Shown piece after piece: positions 46,016-57,732 of a stretch of DNA of 60,554 nucleotides. The stretch comes from Spirochaetales bacterium (GTDB taxonomy: Bacteria; Spirochaetota; Spirochaetia; Treponematales; UBA12059). The notes under the pieces are model-generated. The model did no database searches and was not told where the DNA came from. It worked only from the letters and a program-made list of their open reading frames with translations. Made by a program: the position numbers and the translations under genes. Each line of letters opens with the position of its first letter. The stretch's first letter is position 1. The stretch is taken from assembly GCA_016928955.1 (NCBI GenBank), contig JAFGJV010000054.1:1-60554 (forward strand), written 5' to 3'.

Positions 46016-49000
46016 CAGGTTCCGTTGCGCACCAGGGTCAGGTGGCCGCATATCGGGCAGGGGTCGCCCTCGTAGCCCTTCATGCGTGCGCTACGCACCT
46101 CGTCGCGGGCTGTTTGGGCCGTCTGGGCGGGGGCGCGCTTGGCTGCCGCGGCCGCCTGGTCCTCGGCGTGCCGTTCCGCGGCCATGCGCGCCTTGCCGTT
46201 CTGCGTGGCCGTGGCTATGAGGTCCTCCGGTTTGACCTGGCCAAGGTCATACCGGTCCTGGTAGCTGATGGCCAGGTCCCTGAACACGTAGTCCAGGACG
46301 CTGGTGGCCATCTTGATGTACTCATGGCCGCGGACCATGCCGTTGGGCTCGAAGCGGCTGAACGTGAACGCGTCGACATACTCCTCAAGCGGGACGCCGT
46401 ACTGCAGGCCAAGGGACACGGCTATGGCAAACGAGTTGAGCAGGCTCCTGAAGGCCGCCCCCTCCTTGTGCATATCCAGGAAAATTTCCCCGATGCGGCC
46501 GTCGTCGTATTCTCCGGTGCGGATGAAGACGGAATGGCCGCCGATCTTCGCCTTTTGGGTGTAGCCCATCCTGCGGTTGGGCAGGGGACGCCGTACGCTG
46601 GTAGGCGCCTTGTCCGACGGTTGGGGGGTAGGCTGGGATTCAGCCTGCACGGCCAGAATGCTCTCAGCCAGCGCGTCGTCCATGGCCGCGATGGAACTCA
46701 GGGGCTGGGACAGCTTGGATCCGTCGCGGTACAGGGCTATGGACTTGAGCATGCTCTGCCATGCCAGCATGTACGCGCCCTTGACGTCTTCCACCGTGGC
46801 CGAGTTGGGCATGTTGATGGTTTTCGAGATTGCCCCGGACACAAAGGGCTGGGTGGCGGCCATCATGGCTATGTGCGCTTTCCACTGGATGGAGCGGGTG
46901 GCGTTGCGGCCTGAGGGCGTGGCCGTGTCGAACACCGCGTAATGGGCCTTCTTGAGGTGCGGCGCGCCTTCTATGCCCATGGTGCCGCATGCCCAGCCCT
47001 CGGCCGCCGCGATATCCTGGATGGAGAAGCCAAGAAAGCGGAGTATGTCAAAGCCTGGCTCGGAGCGCACGGCCGCCGTCGCGCCCACGGCGTCGCAGGC
47101 TTCAGCGCCCAGGGTAAAGGGATTGAAGGCCGAATCCAGGCTCATGGCGTTGCGAACGGCCGCGTCCGCCTTGAGAATGGCCTCCTCGGGCAGGCCCTTC
47201 TCGCGCAGGGCTGCCAGCGGCACCCCGGGCGCCCCTTCCAGGGTCCCCGTGCCAACCATGTACGTGCGGATGTCTTCTATCGCCTCGTCGGAATATCCCA
47301 GGGCGCGCAGGGCAGGCAGCACCGAATTGTTGACAATCTTGAAATAGCCGCCGCCGGCCAGCTTCTTGAATTTGACCAGGGCAAAATCGGGCTCTATGCC
47401 GGTAGTGTCGCAGTCCATGAGCAGGCCTATGGTGCCCGTGGGCGCTATGGCCGTGGTCTGGGCGTTGCGGTAGCCGTGTTTTTCTCCCAGGGCGACAGCC
47501 TGGTCCCAGGCGTCGCGGGCGGCGGCCGCCAGCTCGGCCGGGGCTTTGCCGTCGGCTAGTCCCTGGGGTTTGACCGACAGCCCCTCGTACTCCGACTGGT
47601 CGGCGTTCCAGGCGGCCTTCCTGTGATTGCGCATGACCCGCAGCATGGACTCGGCGTTGGGACCGTAGGCGGGAAAGACGCCAAAGGCCTGGGCCATGCG
47701 CGCCGACTGGGCATAGGCCTCGCCGGTGGTGATGGCCGTCAGGGCGGCGGCCGTGGCGCGTCCCTCGTCAGAGTCGTAGGGCAGGCCCATGAGCATGAGG
47801 AGGGTGCCCAGGTTCGCGTAGCCCAAGCCCAGGGTGCGGTAGTCGTAGCTCTTGCGCGCTATCTCCTTGGACGGGAACTGGGCCATGACCACGGATACCT
47901 CAAGCACCGTGGTCCACACGCGTATGGCGTGGCGGTATGCGCTGTCGTCAAAACGCCGCGAGGCTTCGTCATAGAAGGTGGCAAGGTTGAGCGACGCCAG
48001 GTTGCACGCGGTGTCGTCCAGGAACATGTACTCCGAGCAGGGATTTGAGCCCCGGATCTCGCCGCCTGCCGGGCAGGTGTGCCAGTCGTTCACGGTGGTG
48101 TGGAACTGGAGGCCGGGGTCGGCGCATTGCCAGGCCGCGCGGGCTATCTTGTCCCACACGGCGCGGGCCTTGACCGTTTTCATGGTCTTGCCGCCCCGCC
48201 TCATGGTCAGGTGCCAGTCTTTGTTCTTGACCACGGCTTCCATAAAGGTGTCGGCCACTCGCACCGAGTTGTTGGACGCCTGCCCGGCCACGGTGGCGTA
48301 CGCTTCGCCCTCCCAGTTGGTGTCGAACACGGCGCCGTCCACGTCGGGTTCGCCCTCGGCCGCCCTCCTGAGGGTCTGGTATACGTAGGAACCCGGCACG
48401 CCAGCGTCCAGGGCCTGCTTGGCCGCCCGCTGCAAGGCCGGGTTCTTGTCGAACGAAAGCCTGTCCCCGGCCGGCACCGACGCGTCGGCGGCGGCGTCCC
48501 TGACCGCCACCGTGAAACGCCGTATGGCCTGGGACCCGGCGACCATGCTGGCTACCTTGTGCTCTTCCCCCGTTTTCCAGTCTATGAAGGTCTCTATGTC
48601 CGGGTGGTCCGCGTCCAGGATCACCATCTTTGCGGCACGGCGGGTGGTTCCGCCAGACTTGATGGCGGCGGCGGAGCGGTCGGCTATCTTGAGAAAGGAC
48701 AGAAGGCCGCTGGAAAATCCTCCGCCGGACAGGGGCTCGTTGAGGGCGCGGATCTTGGAAAAGTTGGAGCCGGTGCCCGAGCCGTACTTGAACAGGCGGG
48801 CCTCGCGCTCCACCAGGTCCATGATGCCGCCGTCGTTCACCAGGTCGTCCTGTACATCCAGGATGAAACAGGCGTGGGGCTGGGGGCGCTCGTAGGCGCT
48901 GGTGGACGCTACCACCGTGTCGGTCTCGGGATCGACGTAATAGTGGCCCTGGGCCGGCCCTTCCAGGCCATACACGGCGTGGAGCCCGGTGTTGAACCAC

Positions 49001-49437
49001 TGGGGGCTGTTGGGGGCCGCCATCTGGTGGGCGAGCATGTAGCAAAGCTCGTCGTAAAAAGCCTTCTCGTCGGCCTCAGTTTCGAAGTACCCGGCTTTTT
49101 TGCCCCACAGGAGCCAGGTGTAGGCCAGGCGGTGGAACACCTGGCGCGCGTCGTGCTCGCTCCCCTGCTTGGGAGACGGGCCGGCCATTGCCTGCTGTTT
49201 TTCCGGTACCCAGGCGCGCCACGCGTCGGCCTTGTCGTCGGGGACGCCTGCCTTGCGGAAGTACTTCTGGGCCATGATGTCAGTGGCTATCTGGCTCCAG
49301 GTGGACGGAACCACGACGCCGTCCATGCGGAAAGCCACGCGACCATCGGTGTTGCGTATTTCCGACACCCGTTTTTCCCAGGTGATGCCTTCATAGGGGC
49401 CTTTGCCGGCCTTGGTGAAACGACGTTCTATCTTCAT
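45973..49437 (-). CDS. nrdJ: Class II (adenosylcobalamin-dependent) ribonucleotide reductase
   Basis: [46 protein letters not shown]-terminal CxxC..CxxC..GCS. Confidence 0.96.
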   Translation of the reverse strand: MKIERRFTKAGKGPYEGITWEKRVSEIRNTDGRVAFRMDGVVVPSTWSQIATDIMAQKYFRKAGVPDDKADAWRAWVPEKQQAMAGPSPKQGSEHDARQVFHRLAYTWLLWGKKAGYFETEADEKAFYDELCYMLAHQMAAPNSPQWFNTGLHAVYGLEGPAQGHYYVDPETDTVVASTSAYERPQPHACFILDVQDDLVNDGGIMDLVEREARLFKYGSGTGSNFSKIRALNEPLSGGGFSSGLLSFLKIADRSAAAIKSGGTTRRAAKMVILDADHPDIETFIDWKTGEEHKVASMVAGSQAIRRFTVAVRDAAADASVPAGDRLSFDKNPALQRAAKQALDAGVPGSYVYQTLRRAAEGEPDVDGAVFDTNWEGEAYATVAGQASNNSVRVADTFMEAVVKNKDWHLTMRRGGKTMKTVKARAVWDKIARAAWQCADPGLQFHTTVNDWHTCPAGGEIRGSNPCSEYMFLDDTACNLASLNLATFYDEASRRFDDSAYRHAIRVWTTVLEVSVVMAQFPSKEIARKSYDYRTLGLGYANLGTLLMLMGLPYDSDEGRATAAALTAITTGEAYAQSARMAQAFGVFPAYGPNAESMLRVMRNHRKAAWNADQSEYEGLSVKPQGLADGKAPAELAAAARDAWDQAVALGEKHGYRNAQTTAIAPTGTIGLLMDCDTTGIEPDFALVKFKKLAGGGYFKIVNNSVLPALRALGYSDEAIEDIRTYMVGTGTLEGAPGVPLAALREKGLPEEAILKADAAVRNAMSLDSAFNPFTLGAEACDAVGATAAVRSEPGFDILRFLGFSIQDIAAAEGWACGTMGIEGAPHLKKAHYAVFDTATPSGRNATRSIQWKAHIAMMAATQPFVSGAISKTINMPNSATVEDVKGAYMLAWQSMLKSIALYRDGSKLSQPLSSIAAMDDALAESILAVQAESQPTPQPSDKAPTSVRRPLPNRRMGYTQKAKIGGHSVFIRTGEYDDGRIGEIFLDMHKEGAAFRSLLNSFAIAVSLGLQYGVPLEEYVDAFTFSRFEPNGMVRGHEYIKMATSVLDYVFRDLAISYQDRYDLGQVKPEDLIATATQNGKARMAAERHAEDQAAAAAKRAPAQTAQTARDEVRSARMKGYEGDPCPICGHLTLVRNGTCLKCETCGSTTGCS

Positions 49438-49478
49438 GCTCGCCTCCAGGCTAAAATATTCTCGTAGGAAGGCGAAGT

Positions 49479-49525
49479 ATACTACATGTTGTGGTCTATG
49501 GAAAGACCTCTACAACTAAAAGTGG
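49479..49525. promoter_or_regulatory. NrdR boxes upstream of nrdJ
   Basis: ATACTACATGTTGTGG (49479-49494) fits acaCwAtATaTwGtgt; a weaker box lies 31 bp away (49510-49525). Confidence 0.7.
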
Positions 49526-49584
49526 GATAAAAGAAGCGCCTAGGGCTAAGACAAAGCGGCGCCACGGCCGATACTATGGAGGAT

Positions 49585-51114
49585 ATGGCTACCATCGTCA
49601 TCGTCAACGCCACCCATTGTACCAGGCACGCTTTTGTGCCCTTCGCGGGGTCGGACAGCGCCTTCCGGCGCGTGCTGGCCTTTGCCCGGACGCTCGCGTC
49701 TCCTAACGCGGTCCATGTGGTGGCCCTGAAGGGCTTTTCGGAGGCCGTGCCGGACGCCGGCCTGAGCCTGGTCGATACGGGCGACATGCGCGCGGTGCTC
49801 ATGGCGGCGCTCGCTGCCTGCCCTGACCCGGACCAGCTTCACGAACTGGTGTACGTGCATGGCGACGCTCCCTTCCTGGACGCCGAGCTTAGCGCCACCC
49901 TGTTGGACACCCACAGGCGCTACCGGGCGGAATACACCTACGCTGACGGCTATCCGGCCGGCTTTGCCCCGGAAATCCTGTCGAGCAGGGCTCTTCCCAA
50001 CCTGGTGGAACTGGCGTCAAGGAACGACATAGCGGCGGAACGAGACGGCTTGTTTGCCCTGATCCAGAAGGACATCAACTCATACGACATAGAGACAGTC
50101 CTGTCGCCGGTCGATCTCCGCTCCTACCGTTTTTCTCCCGTATGCGACACCAGGCGTAACATGGATGCAGCCCTGGCTTTGGCCGCACTTGGACCGGTCA
50201 GCGCTGCCGGCGTGGTGCGCGAGCTGCCTGAGCGCCCGGAGTTGCTACGCACCCTGCCAGCCTTCCTGTGGGTCCAGGTTACGGAAGGCTGTCCGCAAGC
50301 CTGTTCCTACTGCCCCTATCCTTTGATGGTGGGCGACCCCCGTGGGCGGAACGGCTTCATGCCGCTTGAGCGCTTCGAGAGCATCATGGCCCAGGCGGAG
50401 GATCTGTGCGACGACCTGGTGGTCGACCTGTCCCTGTGGGGCGAGCCGGCCCTGCACCCTGACTTTGCCGGCCTTGCCTCGGCGGTGCTGGCTAGAAAGC
50501 GCTTTACCCTGATCGTGGAGACGTCCGGCCTTGGCTGGGCGCCCGGGTTGCCCGAGTCCGTGGCCAGGGCTGGCAGGGAGCGCGTTCACTGGATCGTGTC
50601 ATTGGATGACGACGACGATGCCGGCTATCGGGCGCTACGGGGCGAGGGGCGGGACGAAGCCGCTGCTTTTGTCCAGCGGATGGCCGCGTCCTGGCCCAAG
50701 CAGACCCACGTCCAGGCCGTGCGCATGGCCGATACCGAAGAGAGGCTGGAACCGTTTTACAGGCACTGGAAGGGCGTGCTGGACGGTGTGATCATCCAGA
50801 AATACGATAGTTTTGCCGCTTGTCTTCCAAAGCGCTCGGTAGCCGACCTTGAGCCGCTTGAGCGCATACCCTGCCGCCACCTTGCCCGCGACCTGGCCGT
50901 ACTGCTGGACGGATCGGTTCCGCCGTGCAAGCACGCCCTGGCGCGGCAGGCGGACGGCAAGCTGGCCTATGCCGCCACCATGGGCAACGCGTTCGCGCCG
51001 GGCGGGCTCAAGGCCGCCTGGGACGCCATGGGCGCCTGGTACGCCGACCACGCGGCGGGTAGACTGCCTCCACCCTGCGAGCACTGCGATGAATACCATA
51101 CCGTTAACGCTTGA
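49585..51114 (+). CDS. Spiro-SPASM protein (nucleotidyltransferase-like N-terminus + radical SAM + SPASM); ATG 49576 alternative
   Basis: GDAPFLD, YTYADGYP.G, CPQACSYC, GEPALHP, RIPCRHL, C-terminal CEHC. Confidence 0.88.
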   Translation: MATIVIVNATHCTRHAFVPFAGSDSAFRRVLAFARTLASPNAVHVVALKGFSEAVPDAGLSLVDTGDMRAVLMAALAACPDPDQLHELVYVHGDAPFLDAELSATLLDTHRRYRAEYTYADGYPAGFAPEILSSRALPNLVELASRNDIAAERDGLFALIQKDINSYDIETVLSPVDLRSYRFSPVCDTRRNMDAALALAALGPVSAAGVVRELPERPELLRTLPAFLWVQVTEGCPQACSYCPYPLMVGDPRGRNGFMPLERFESIMAQAEDLCDDLVVDLSLWGEPALHPDFAGLASAVLARKRFTLIVETSGLGWAPGLPESVARAGRERVHWIVSLDDDDDAGYRALRGEGRDEAAAFVQRMAASWPKQTHVQAVRMADTEERLEPFYRHWKGVLDGVIIQKYDSFAACLPKRSVADLEPLERIPCRHLARDLAVLLDGSVPPCKHALARQADGKLAYAATMGNAFAPGGLKAAWDAMGAWYADHAAGRLPPPCEHCDEYHTVNA

Positions 51115-52042
51115 CGACCGGAAAACCAGCTACGCGGTGGTCGGGGGGCGGGGCTGTCCTGGCAACTTCCCCGTGTCCGTGGTCATCCTGAACCGAGGTC
51201 CGCGTATATACCGGGCCGCCTTGGTACAGGACATCCTGGATGCGGGCTTCGACTCGCTGATATCCGTGGAAACGGGGCGGCCGTCTCCAGAGCTGGAAGG
51301 GGTGGCGACGCGCTTTCCCCAGTTGCGTTTTATACTCCTGCGCGACGACGTGTCTGTAGGCGAGCAGATTAACATAGCCATGCGGGAAGCATGCTCGCCG
51401 TACGTCTTTGTGATCTGGAACGACATGCGCCTGGCGTCCAGTGCCCTGTCCGCCCGATTTTTTGATAGAGTGGCCGAACTGGACGCGGCCTGCCTGGTGC
51501 CCCAGCTCAGCTCGGCGGACGGAAGCGTCGTGCCATCCGTCATGCATCCGGCCCTGGCTGGCCAGGCTCTCAGGTGCGTGCCCCTGCCGCCGGCCAAGGA
51601 CGGGGAGGGGAGCCTCTTCCCCTACGACTATTGCGGCATATACTCGCGGGAGCGTTTTGTGCTGTCCGGCGGCTTTGACTGGACCATAAGCCAAGCGTAC
51701 TGGCAGCTCATGGATTTCGGTATGAGGCTGTGGCTGTGGGGCGAGCGGGTATCCCACGCCCAAGCCTTGAAAATCCGCTACCAGGGCAGCCCTCCGGACA
51801 CCGACCTGACGCCGGACGCGTCGTATGCCCGCTTCTGGCTCAAAAACCTGGCTCCCCGGCACCGTGGCGACTCGGCCTACCTGCCTGGCAGGCGCTTTTT
51901 CCGCTTTCTCCTGAGTTCCCGCCTGGGTCCCGTGGAGGCCAGGAACGAGTTCCTGGCGGCCAGGACCTGGGTAAAGGCAAACGAATACAGGTTCAAGCAG
52001 GACGCCGCGCGCCTTGTGAACCTGTGGGATCCCCTCCCATGA
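51089..52042 (+). CDS. Glycosyltransferase family 2-like protein
   Basis: VSVVILNR, N.A...A..PYVFVIWND, GGFD, DFGMRLW. Confidence 0.7.
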   Translation: MNTIPLTLDDRKTSYAVVGGRGCPGNFPVSVVILNRGPRIYRAALVQDILDAGFDSLISVETGRPSPELEGVATRFPQLRFILLRDDVSVGEQINIAMREACSPYVFVIWNDMRLASSALSARFFDRVAELDAACLVPQLSSADGSVVPSVMHPALAGQALRCVPLPPAKDGEGSLFPYDYCGIYSRERFVLSGGFDWTISQAYWQLMDFGMRLWLWGERVSHAQALKIRYQGSPPDTDLTPDASYARFWLKNLAPRHRGDSAYLPGRRFFRFLLSSRLGPVEARNEFLAARTWVKANEYRFKQDAARLVNLWDPLP

Positions 52043-52722
52043 ACCCCGCCAAACGTATCGTCCTCATCGTACAGATGCGCCTGGATTCCACGCGACTGCC
52101 GGGCAAGGCCCTCTTACCCCTGGCCGGTGGATGCATGGCCCAGGCTGTCATGCGGCGGCTCTCAAGCGTGCGAGCCGATCGGCGGGTGCTTGCCACGGAC
52201 GCCGACGGGGCGGCCGCCCTTGGTGCCATGGCGGCCAGCCAGGGGTTTGCCGTTTTTGAGGGACCCAAGGACGATGTGCTCAGGCGCTTTGCCCTGGCCG
52301 CATCCAGGCACGAAGCCGCGTACGTCGTCAGGGCCACCGGCGACAATCCCCTGGTGTCCTACGAGCTGGCCAACGCGCTTGTGGAGCACGGCATGCAAAC
52401 GGGTGCCGATTACGCGGGATACACGGGCATGCCCACGGGCATGGGCGTGGAATTCATCCGGGCGGAAGCCCTGCTCACGGCGGACGAGGAGGCTGACAGC
52501 GCCTATGACCGCGAGCATGTATGCCCGTACCTGTACACCCATCCCGAGCGCTTTAGCGTGTTCCGGCCGCCCTGCCCCGATGCATGGCGCCTGCCGGCAG
52601 CCAGCGTGACCGTGGACACGGCCTTGGACTACCAGCGCGTCACCCGAATCTTCGAGGAACTTGGCCGGGATCCGTCAGACGCGCGGCTCATGGACTGGCT
52701 CAGGGCGGAGGCAGGGTCGTGA
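52039..52722 (+). CDS. spsF: SpsF-like cytidylyltransferase
   Basis: QMRLDSTRLPGKAL, DDVLRRF, VRATGDNP, REHVCPY, TVDT..DY. Confidence 0.88.
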   Translation: MNPAKRIVLIVQMRLDSTRLPGKALLPLAGGCMAQAVMRRLSSVRADRRVLATDADGAAALGAMAASQGFAVFEGPKDDVLRRFALAASRHEAAYVVRATGDNPLVSYELANALVEHGMQTGADYAGYTGMPTGMGVEFIRAEALLTADEEADSAYDREHVCPYLYTHPERFSVFRPPCPDAWRLPAASVTVDTALDYQRVTRIFEELGRDPSDARLMDWLRAEAGS

Positions 52723-54506
52723 AATCCATACTGCTGGTACCCTCGGTGCGGCGCGGCAACGGTTCGGGCCATTTGGTACGCTGTTTTTCCCTGGCCAAGG
52801 CCCTGGGCAGGGGTGCTGCCGTTTTTCTCTCCGAAAACCCGCGGGCGGACGAACGCGGCTCAGCCGAGCTTCAGCTTGCCTACCATAACGATTTTGAGGC
52901 GATCCGCGTGATTACCGCCCTGCGCGACGAGCGTTGGGACCTGATCGTCCTGGACCGATTTACCAGCACGTATGACGAGTACCTGTTCTGGTCCACCTAC
53001 GGCCCCGTGGCGGCTATAGACGAGGGGGGTGGGGCCAGGGCATACGCGGAATACCTGATCGACGCTCTTCCCCACCTGCCGTCAGGAACCACGGGCTGGG
53101 ACGGGGCTAACGTGTCGTCCCTGGGCTTTCTTGCCCTACCGGAAGCCAGAAGGACGGCTCCCGGGCGCATTTCGTCGGTGCTCGTATCCTTTGGCGGCGA
53201 GGATCCCGCCGGCCTCACTGAAGCGTTTCTGGCCGCCGCCGTGGACTCAGGCCGCCTGAGTCCGGGGAGCGTCACGGTTGTGTGCGGCGCACTGGCCCAA
53301 CAATCAGGCGCGCGCCGGGACGGCATCACCTACCTGGGACCCATCCAGGATCTCAGGGAAAAGCTTTCGAGCTACGACCTGGTGGTTACCCAGTTTGGCC
53401 TGACGGCCTTCGAGGCCGCCTGGGCGGGTTGTGCCGTCCTCCTGCTCAATCCAAGCGCCCTGCACCAGCGCCTGTCCGCGGCGGCCGGTTTTGTCAGCCT
53501 GGGCGTCCGGAAGCCGTCTTTTGCGCGCTTGGACGCGGCTCTGGGCGACGCGCGGGCCCTGGCCCAAGCCAGCGCCGCTGCCGCCCCGCCTGAGCGTCTG
53601 GATCTGGCCGCGCGCCTTGCGTCGCTCGAACCCAGGCACCACGGGCCGTGCCCAGCCTGCGGGAGCCGGACGCTTAGGGCCGTGTACCGCGACCAAGACC
53701 GCAGTTACCGGCGCTGTGCCGACTGCGGCCTTGTGTCCATGGCGTATTTTGGCCCGCGCAGGAACCCCTATGACAACTCGGCGTACTTTTTTGAGGATTA
53801 CAAAAAGCAGTACGGCCGCACCTACCTGGAAGACCTGCCGTCCATACGGGCTTTGGCGGCCCGTCGATTGGATGTCATGGAACGCTATCTGCCGGCTGGC
53901 CGTGATGGCGCCGTGGTTCTGGACGTAGGCTGCGCATACGGCGCCTTCCTTATGGAAGCCCATGCCAGGGGCTGGCATCCCGTGGGCACGGACCTGTCCA
54001 CGGACGCCGTTGCCTATGTCCGCGACACGCTGCGACTGCCGGCCTTTGTGTCCGATTTTTCAGGCGAACAAGCTACCGGGCTGTATCCGGACACGCTGGA
54101 CGCCTTGACCCTCTGGTACGTGATAGAGCATTTTGACGACCTGGGCAGGGTGCTCGCTCGGGCGCGAGGACTGCTCAGGCCAGGCGGGGTGCTTGCCCTG
54201 TCCACGCCGTCGGCGGCCGGCGTGTCGGCGCGGCTCCGCCCCGAGTCGTTCTGGTCGTCGTCGCCGGCAGACCACTTTACCGTGTGGGATCCACGGACAA
54301 CGGCCGGATTACTCAGGCGCTGGGGCTTCAAAATGGTCGCCGTACGGATAACCGGACATCACCCGGAACGTTTCCCCGGCGTGCCGAACAAGCCGCGCTC
54401 GCTCCGCTACCGGCTGGCCATGGCCGCGTCCAGGCTGTTCGGCCTGGGCGACACCTTTGAGTGCTACGCACTGCGCGTCGACGACGGGCACAAGGACGGG
54501 ACATGA
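52719..54506 (+). CDS. SpsG/PseG-like GT-B domain fused to zinc ribbon + class I methyltransferase
   Basis: GSGHLVRC, SFGGEDP, FGLTAFEA; CPAC..CADC; VLDVGCAYG, WYVIEH. Confidence 0.82.
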   Translation: MKSILLVPSVRRGNGSGHLVRCFSLAKALGRGAAVFLSENPRADERGSAELQLAYHNDFEAIRVITALRDERWDLIVLDRFTSTYDEYLFWSTYGPVAAIDEGGGARAYAEYLIDALPHLPSGTTGWDGANVSSLGFLALPEARRTAPGRISSVLVSFGGEDPAGLTEAFLAAAVDSGRLSPGSVTVVCGALAQQSGARRDGITYLGPIQDLREKLSSYDLVVTQFGLTAFEAAWAGCAVLLLNPSALHQRLSAAAGFVSLGVRKPSFARLDAALGDARALAQASAAAAPPERLDLAARLASLEPRHHGPCPACGSRTLRAVYRDQDRSYRRCADCGLVSMAYFGPRRNPYDNSAYFFEDYKKQYGRTYLEDLPSIRALAARRLDVMERYLPAGRDGAVVLDVGCAYGAFLMEAHARGWHPVGTDLSTDAVAYVRDTLRLPAFVSDFSGEQATGLYPDTLDALTLWYVIEHFDDLGRVLARARGLLRPGGVLALSTPSAAGVSARLRPESFWSSSPADHFTVWDPRTTAGLLRRWGFKMVAVRITGHHPERFPGVPNKPRSLRYRLAMAASRLFGLGDTFECYALRVDDGHKDGT

Positions 54507-56086
54507 CATCGATATTCATTCTGGGAGCCGGCGTAATGCAGGGGCCGGCCATACAGGCGGCCAGGAACAAAGGCTACCACGTTGCCGTGGCAGATGGCGA
54601 CCCGAACGCGATCCATGCCCGGGACGCCGACGTTTTTTTCAACGTTGACCTCAAGGACAGGGAAGGGCTGGCAGCCGCTGCCGCAAGCGTGCCGAACCTG
54701 CGCGGTGTGTTTACCGCAGGAACGGACTTTTCAGCGTCCGTGGCCTGGGTGGCCGAGCGGCTGGGCCTGCCAAGCATATCGTATGAAACGGCCCTAGACG
54801 CGTCGGACAAGGCCCGGATGCGGGCCAGGCTGGAAGCAGCCGGCGTACCGGTGCCAGGCCACGCCGTGGGCTCCAAGGGCGACGATCCCGAGATCCTGGC
54901 AACCGGCTCCTCCGGAAGAACGCTGTCGTACCCCGTGGTCGTCAAACCCGTGGACAATATGGGAGCCCGCGGCTGTAGGCTTGCCCGGGACAGGCACGAG
55001 CTGGCGCATGCATGGACGGACGCCCTGGCGCACTCGCGCTCGGGCAGGGCCATTGTGGAAGAATACCTGGACGGCCCGGAATTCAGCGTGGACGCATTGG
55101 TCCATGGCGGCAACATCGTTATCCGGGGTCTGGCAGACAGGCATGTGTATTTTGCGCCGTACTTTGTCGAGCTGGGACACACCATGCCCAGCGCCTACGG
55201 AGCTGACGTACAGGCGGAGGTCCTGGCCGTTTTCCAGGCGGCCGTACGCGCCCTTGGCATTACCACGGGGGCGGCCAAAGGCGATATCAAGTACACCCGC
55301 AGGGGTGCCTTCGTGGGTGAGATAGCCGCCCGGCTGTCCGGCGGCTTCATGTCCGGCTGGACCTATCCCTACGCAAGCGGCGTTGACCCGGCGGCTGAGG
55401 CCATAGACCTGGCCTGCGGCGTGACGCCGGCCTTCCAGAGCTCGACGCGGGACTGGGTGTCGGCCGAGCGCGCCTGGATATCCATACCGGGCACCGTGGC
55501 CGAGGTACGGATGCTGGACGCGGCCAGGCGCCTTCCCTACGTCAAGGACGTGTTCCCACGGCTGTCCCGCGGTGACCGTGCCGTGTTTCCCTCAAACAAC
55601 GTCCAGAAAGCCGGCAATGTCATCAGCCAGGCTCCGGATCGCGCCAGCGCCGAACAGGCGGCCGAGCGCGGGGCCAGAGCCGTGCTGATACGCCTGGAAC
55701 CTGGTGACCCGGACACCCTGGCCTTTTTGGACGGAGCCATGGACATACGCTCAGATTCCGGCCAGCTGTGGCCGCCTCCGGCCTACCAGCCATCGGCCAT
55801 GGCGCTGGCCTCAGCGGACAAGCTTCCGGATCTGGTGAGGAATGGCGGGGAGGGGACCACCGTGTCGATCGCGCCGCTCCGTGGGCTGGACGGCGACACG
55901 TCAACGGACTGGCTCGGCCGTACCCTGCCGGAAACTCTGGACGCCGTCAGGGAGCTGACCGGGGCCAGGGTGGGCGACCATGGCGATCTGGTGCTCGGTC
56001 GTAGATTCTGGAAAGCCTTGTTCCGGGGCGGCTACCAGGCCGGGGCCTGGGTGGTGGATAGCGCTCGGCGGGGAGGGGATCGATGA
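54503..56086 (+). CDS. ATP-grasp domain protein
   Basis: ILGAG, DKARMR, VVKPVDNMGARG, EEYLDGPEFSVD, EIAARLSG. Confidence 0.9.
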   Translation: MTSIFILGAGVMQGPAIQAARNKGYHVAVADGDPNAIHARDADVFFNVDLKDREGLAAAAASVPNLRGVFTAGTDFSASVAWVAERLGLPSISYETALDASDKARMRARLEAAGVPVPGHAVGSKGDDPEILATGSSGRTLSYPVVVKPVDNMGARGCRLARDRHELAHAWTDALAHSRSGRAIVEEYLDGPEFSVDALVHGGNIVIRGLADRHVYFAPYFVELGHTMPSAYGADVQAEVLAVFQAAVRALGITTGAAKGDIKYTRRGAFVGEIAARLSGGFMSGWTYPYASGVDPAAEAIDLACGVTPAFQSSTRDWVSAERAWISIPGTVAEVRMLDAARRLPYVKDVFPRLSRGDRAVFPSNNVQKAGNVISQAPDRASAEQAAERGARAVLIRLEPGDPDTLAFLDGAMDIRSDSGQLWPPPAYQPSAMALASADKLPDLVRNGGEGTTVSIAPLRGLDGDTSTDWLGRTLPETLDAVRELTGARVGDHGDLVLGRRFWKALFRGGYQAGAWVVDSARRGGDR

Positions 56087-57123
56087 TTTCTCGCCTTCTG
56101 GCCATACTTCTGGCCGTGGCGGCCGGTTGGGGCTCCGCCTTTGCCGGAGCCCAGGGCGGGTCCGTTGACCTGGCTGTCAAGGCAACTGAATGGAAGGCGA
56201 GCTTTGCCTTCGATCCGGTCACGGGCACGGGGCATGTGCTCAGGGGCCAGGATCTGGTACGCTTCCGAGTGGGCACCGGAGCGTTGATGATGGGCAACGG
56301 CGCCCTGGTGGCCAGCGATGCTCCGGAGTGGACTGGTTCGAGCGTGAAGGTAAGCCCCGCCGTCGTGGAAGCGATCCAGGCCTGGTTCGATACAATCGAC
56401 GAGGAGCGGGCTTCCCGTTTTTCGGTGGCCGCCATCCTGATTGACCCTGGCCACGGCGGCCGGGATCCTGGGGCAATAGGCGAGCACGGATCGGGTGGGG
56501 CCCGCCTGCGGATAGCCGAGAAGGACATCGTGCTCAGCGTGGCAACGGATCTGTACGCCAGGCTGAAAGCCAGGTGGCCGGACAAGACCATCATGATTAC
56601 CCGCGCGGGCGACAGCTACCCGAGCCTGGACGAACGCGTCGCCATGGCCAACCAAGTGGATCTGGCCCTGAACCAGGCCATCATATACATATCGATACAC
56701 GCAAACGCGTCGTTCAACAAAAAAGCGTCCGGCTACGAGGTGTGGTACCTGAATCCGGAATACCGGCGCACCGTGGTCGACCAGAAAAAGGCCGGGGACG
56801 TGGACGAGGACGTACTGCCCATCCTGAACGCCATGCTCGAGGAAGAGTACACCACAGAAAGCGTGTTCCTGGCAAAATCCATCCTGGAAGGCCTTGGCCT
56901 GGCCGTTGGGACGGACACGGCAAGCAGGGGCATGCGGGCAGAGGAGTGGTTCGTGGTAAGGAACGCCAAGATGCCATCCGTGCTGGTGGAGCTCGGATTC
57001 GTGACGAACGAGAAGGAAGCCCGCCTGTTGGCCGACCCTGGCTACTTGCGGAAGCTCGCGGACGGCATCTATAATGGAATAACGTCGTTCGTCGATTATT
57101 TTGAGACTCGGAAAGGTCCGTAA
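56083..57123 (+). CDS. N-acetylmuramoyl-L-alanine amidase (Amidase_3)
   Basis: Signal peptide; IDPGHGG.DPGA, EK, ISIHAN, PSVLVELGFVTN. Confidence 0.93.
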   Translation: MISRLLAILLAVAAGWGSAFAGAQGGSVDLAVKATEWKASFAFDPVTGTGHVLRGQDLVRFRVGTGALMMGNGALVASDAPEWTGSSVKVSPAVVEAIQAWFDTIDEERASRFSVAAILIDPGHGGRDPGAIGEHGSGGARLRIAEKDIVLSVATDLYARLKARWPDKTIMITRAGDSYPSLDERVAMANQVDLALNQAIIYISIHANASFNKKASGYEVWYLNPEYRRTVVDQKKAGDVDEDVLPILNAMLEEEYTTESVFLAKSILEGLGLAVGTDTASRGMRAEEWFVVRNAKMPSVLVELGFVTNEKEARLLADPGYLRKLADGIYNGITSFVDYFETRKGP

Positions 57124-57129
57124 GCCATC

Positions 57130-57708
57130 GTGAAGCACAGCGCATCCGACCTGTTCTCAGCGTGCAGGAAGTACCTGGACGCATTCCTTTTGCCCAAAAT
57201 CCTGTGGCCGTCCCTTCTGGCCGTTCTGCTTGCCATTGCCCTGGTCACCGTACTGGCCGGCGGGCTGGGCAGGCCAGCCACCCTGTGGTTCCCCAAGGCC
57301 CGGGGTCAGGGGGTGGGGGCCGAACTCCGCTACCTGCCCGTTCGGGGCGATGTGGAACTGGGCGTGCGAGACCTGGTGGACGAACTGGTGCTCGGCCCCA
57401 TGGACGAGGACCACGCTCCCCTCTGCGAGCCGGGAAGCGACGTATCGGCCGTGTTGGCCCGGGGCAAGACCCTGTATGTTGACCTGTCGTCTGACGTGCT
57501 GTTCGGCAGGAAGGCGTCCACGGGAATATGGTCCGAGGGCCAGGCCGAACCAGCCCTTATCCTCGAGCTTGTCCGCAAGACCGTCTCATGGAACTACCCC
57601 GGCAGGAAGCTGGTATTGACCATAGGAGGCAAGGAAGCGCTGACGCGGACCGCCGAGCCTGAAAAAACCGCGCCTGATACCGGTGCGAAAATAGAACAAA
57701 ATAATTGA
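57130..57708 (+). CDS. GerMN-like membrane-anchored protein
   Basis: TM helix, E.RY.P, VDELVLGP, LYVDLS; follows amidase. Confidence 0.65.
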   Translation: MKHSASDLFSACRKYLDAFLLPKILWPSLLAVLLAIALVTVLAGGLGRPATLWFPKARGQGVGAELRYLPVRGDVELGVRDLVDELVLGPMDEDHAPLCEPGSDVSAVLARGKTLYVDLSSDVLFGRKASTGIWSEGQAEPALILELVRKTVSWNYPGRKLVLTIGGKEALTRTAEPEKTAPDTGAKIEQNN

Positions 57709-57732
57709 CAAAGGGTTTGGCGCGACTATAAT
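57705..57732 (+). promoter_or_regulatory. Consensus sigma70 promoter of flaA
   Basis: TTGACA-N16-TATAAT. Confidence 0.85.

Noticed and set aside
41456..49437. Inteins or introns in dnaE / nrdJ
   Set aside because: Frames are continuous, with no C/S...HN splice motifs or homing endonuclease domains recognised.
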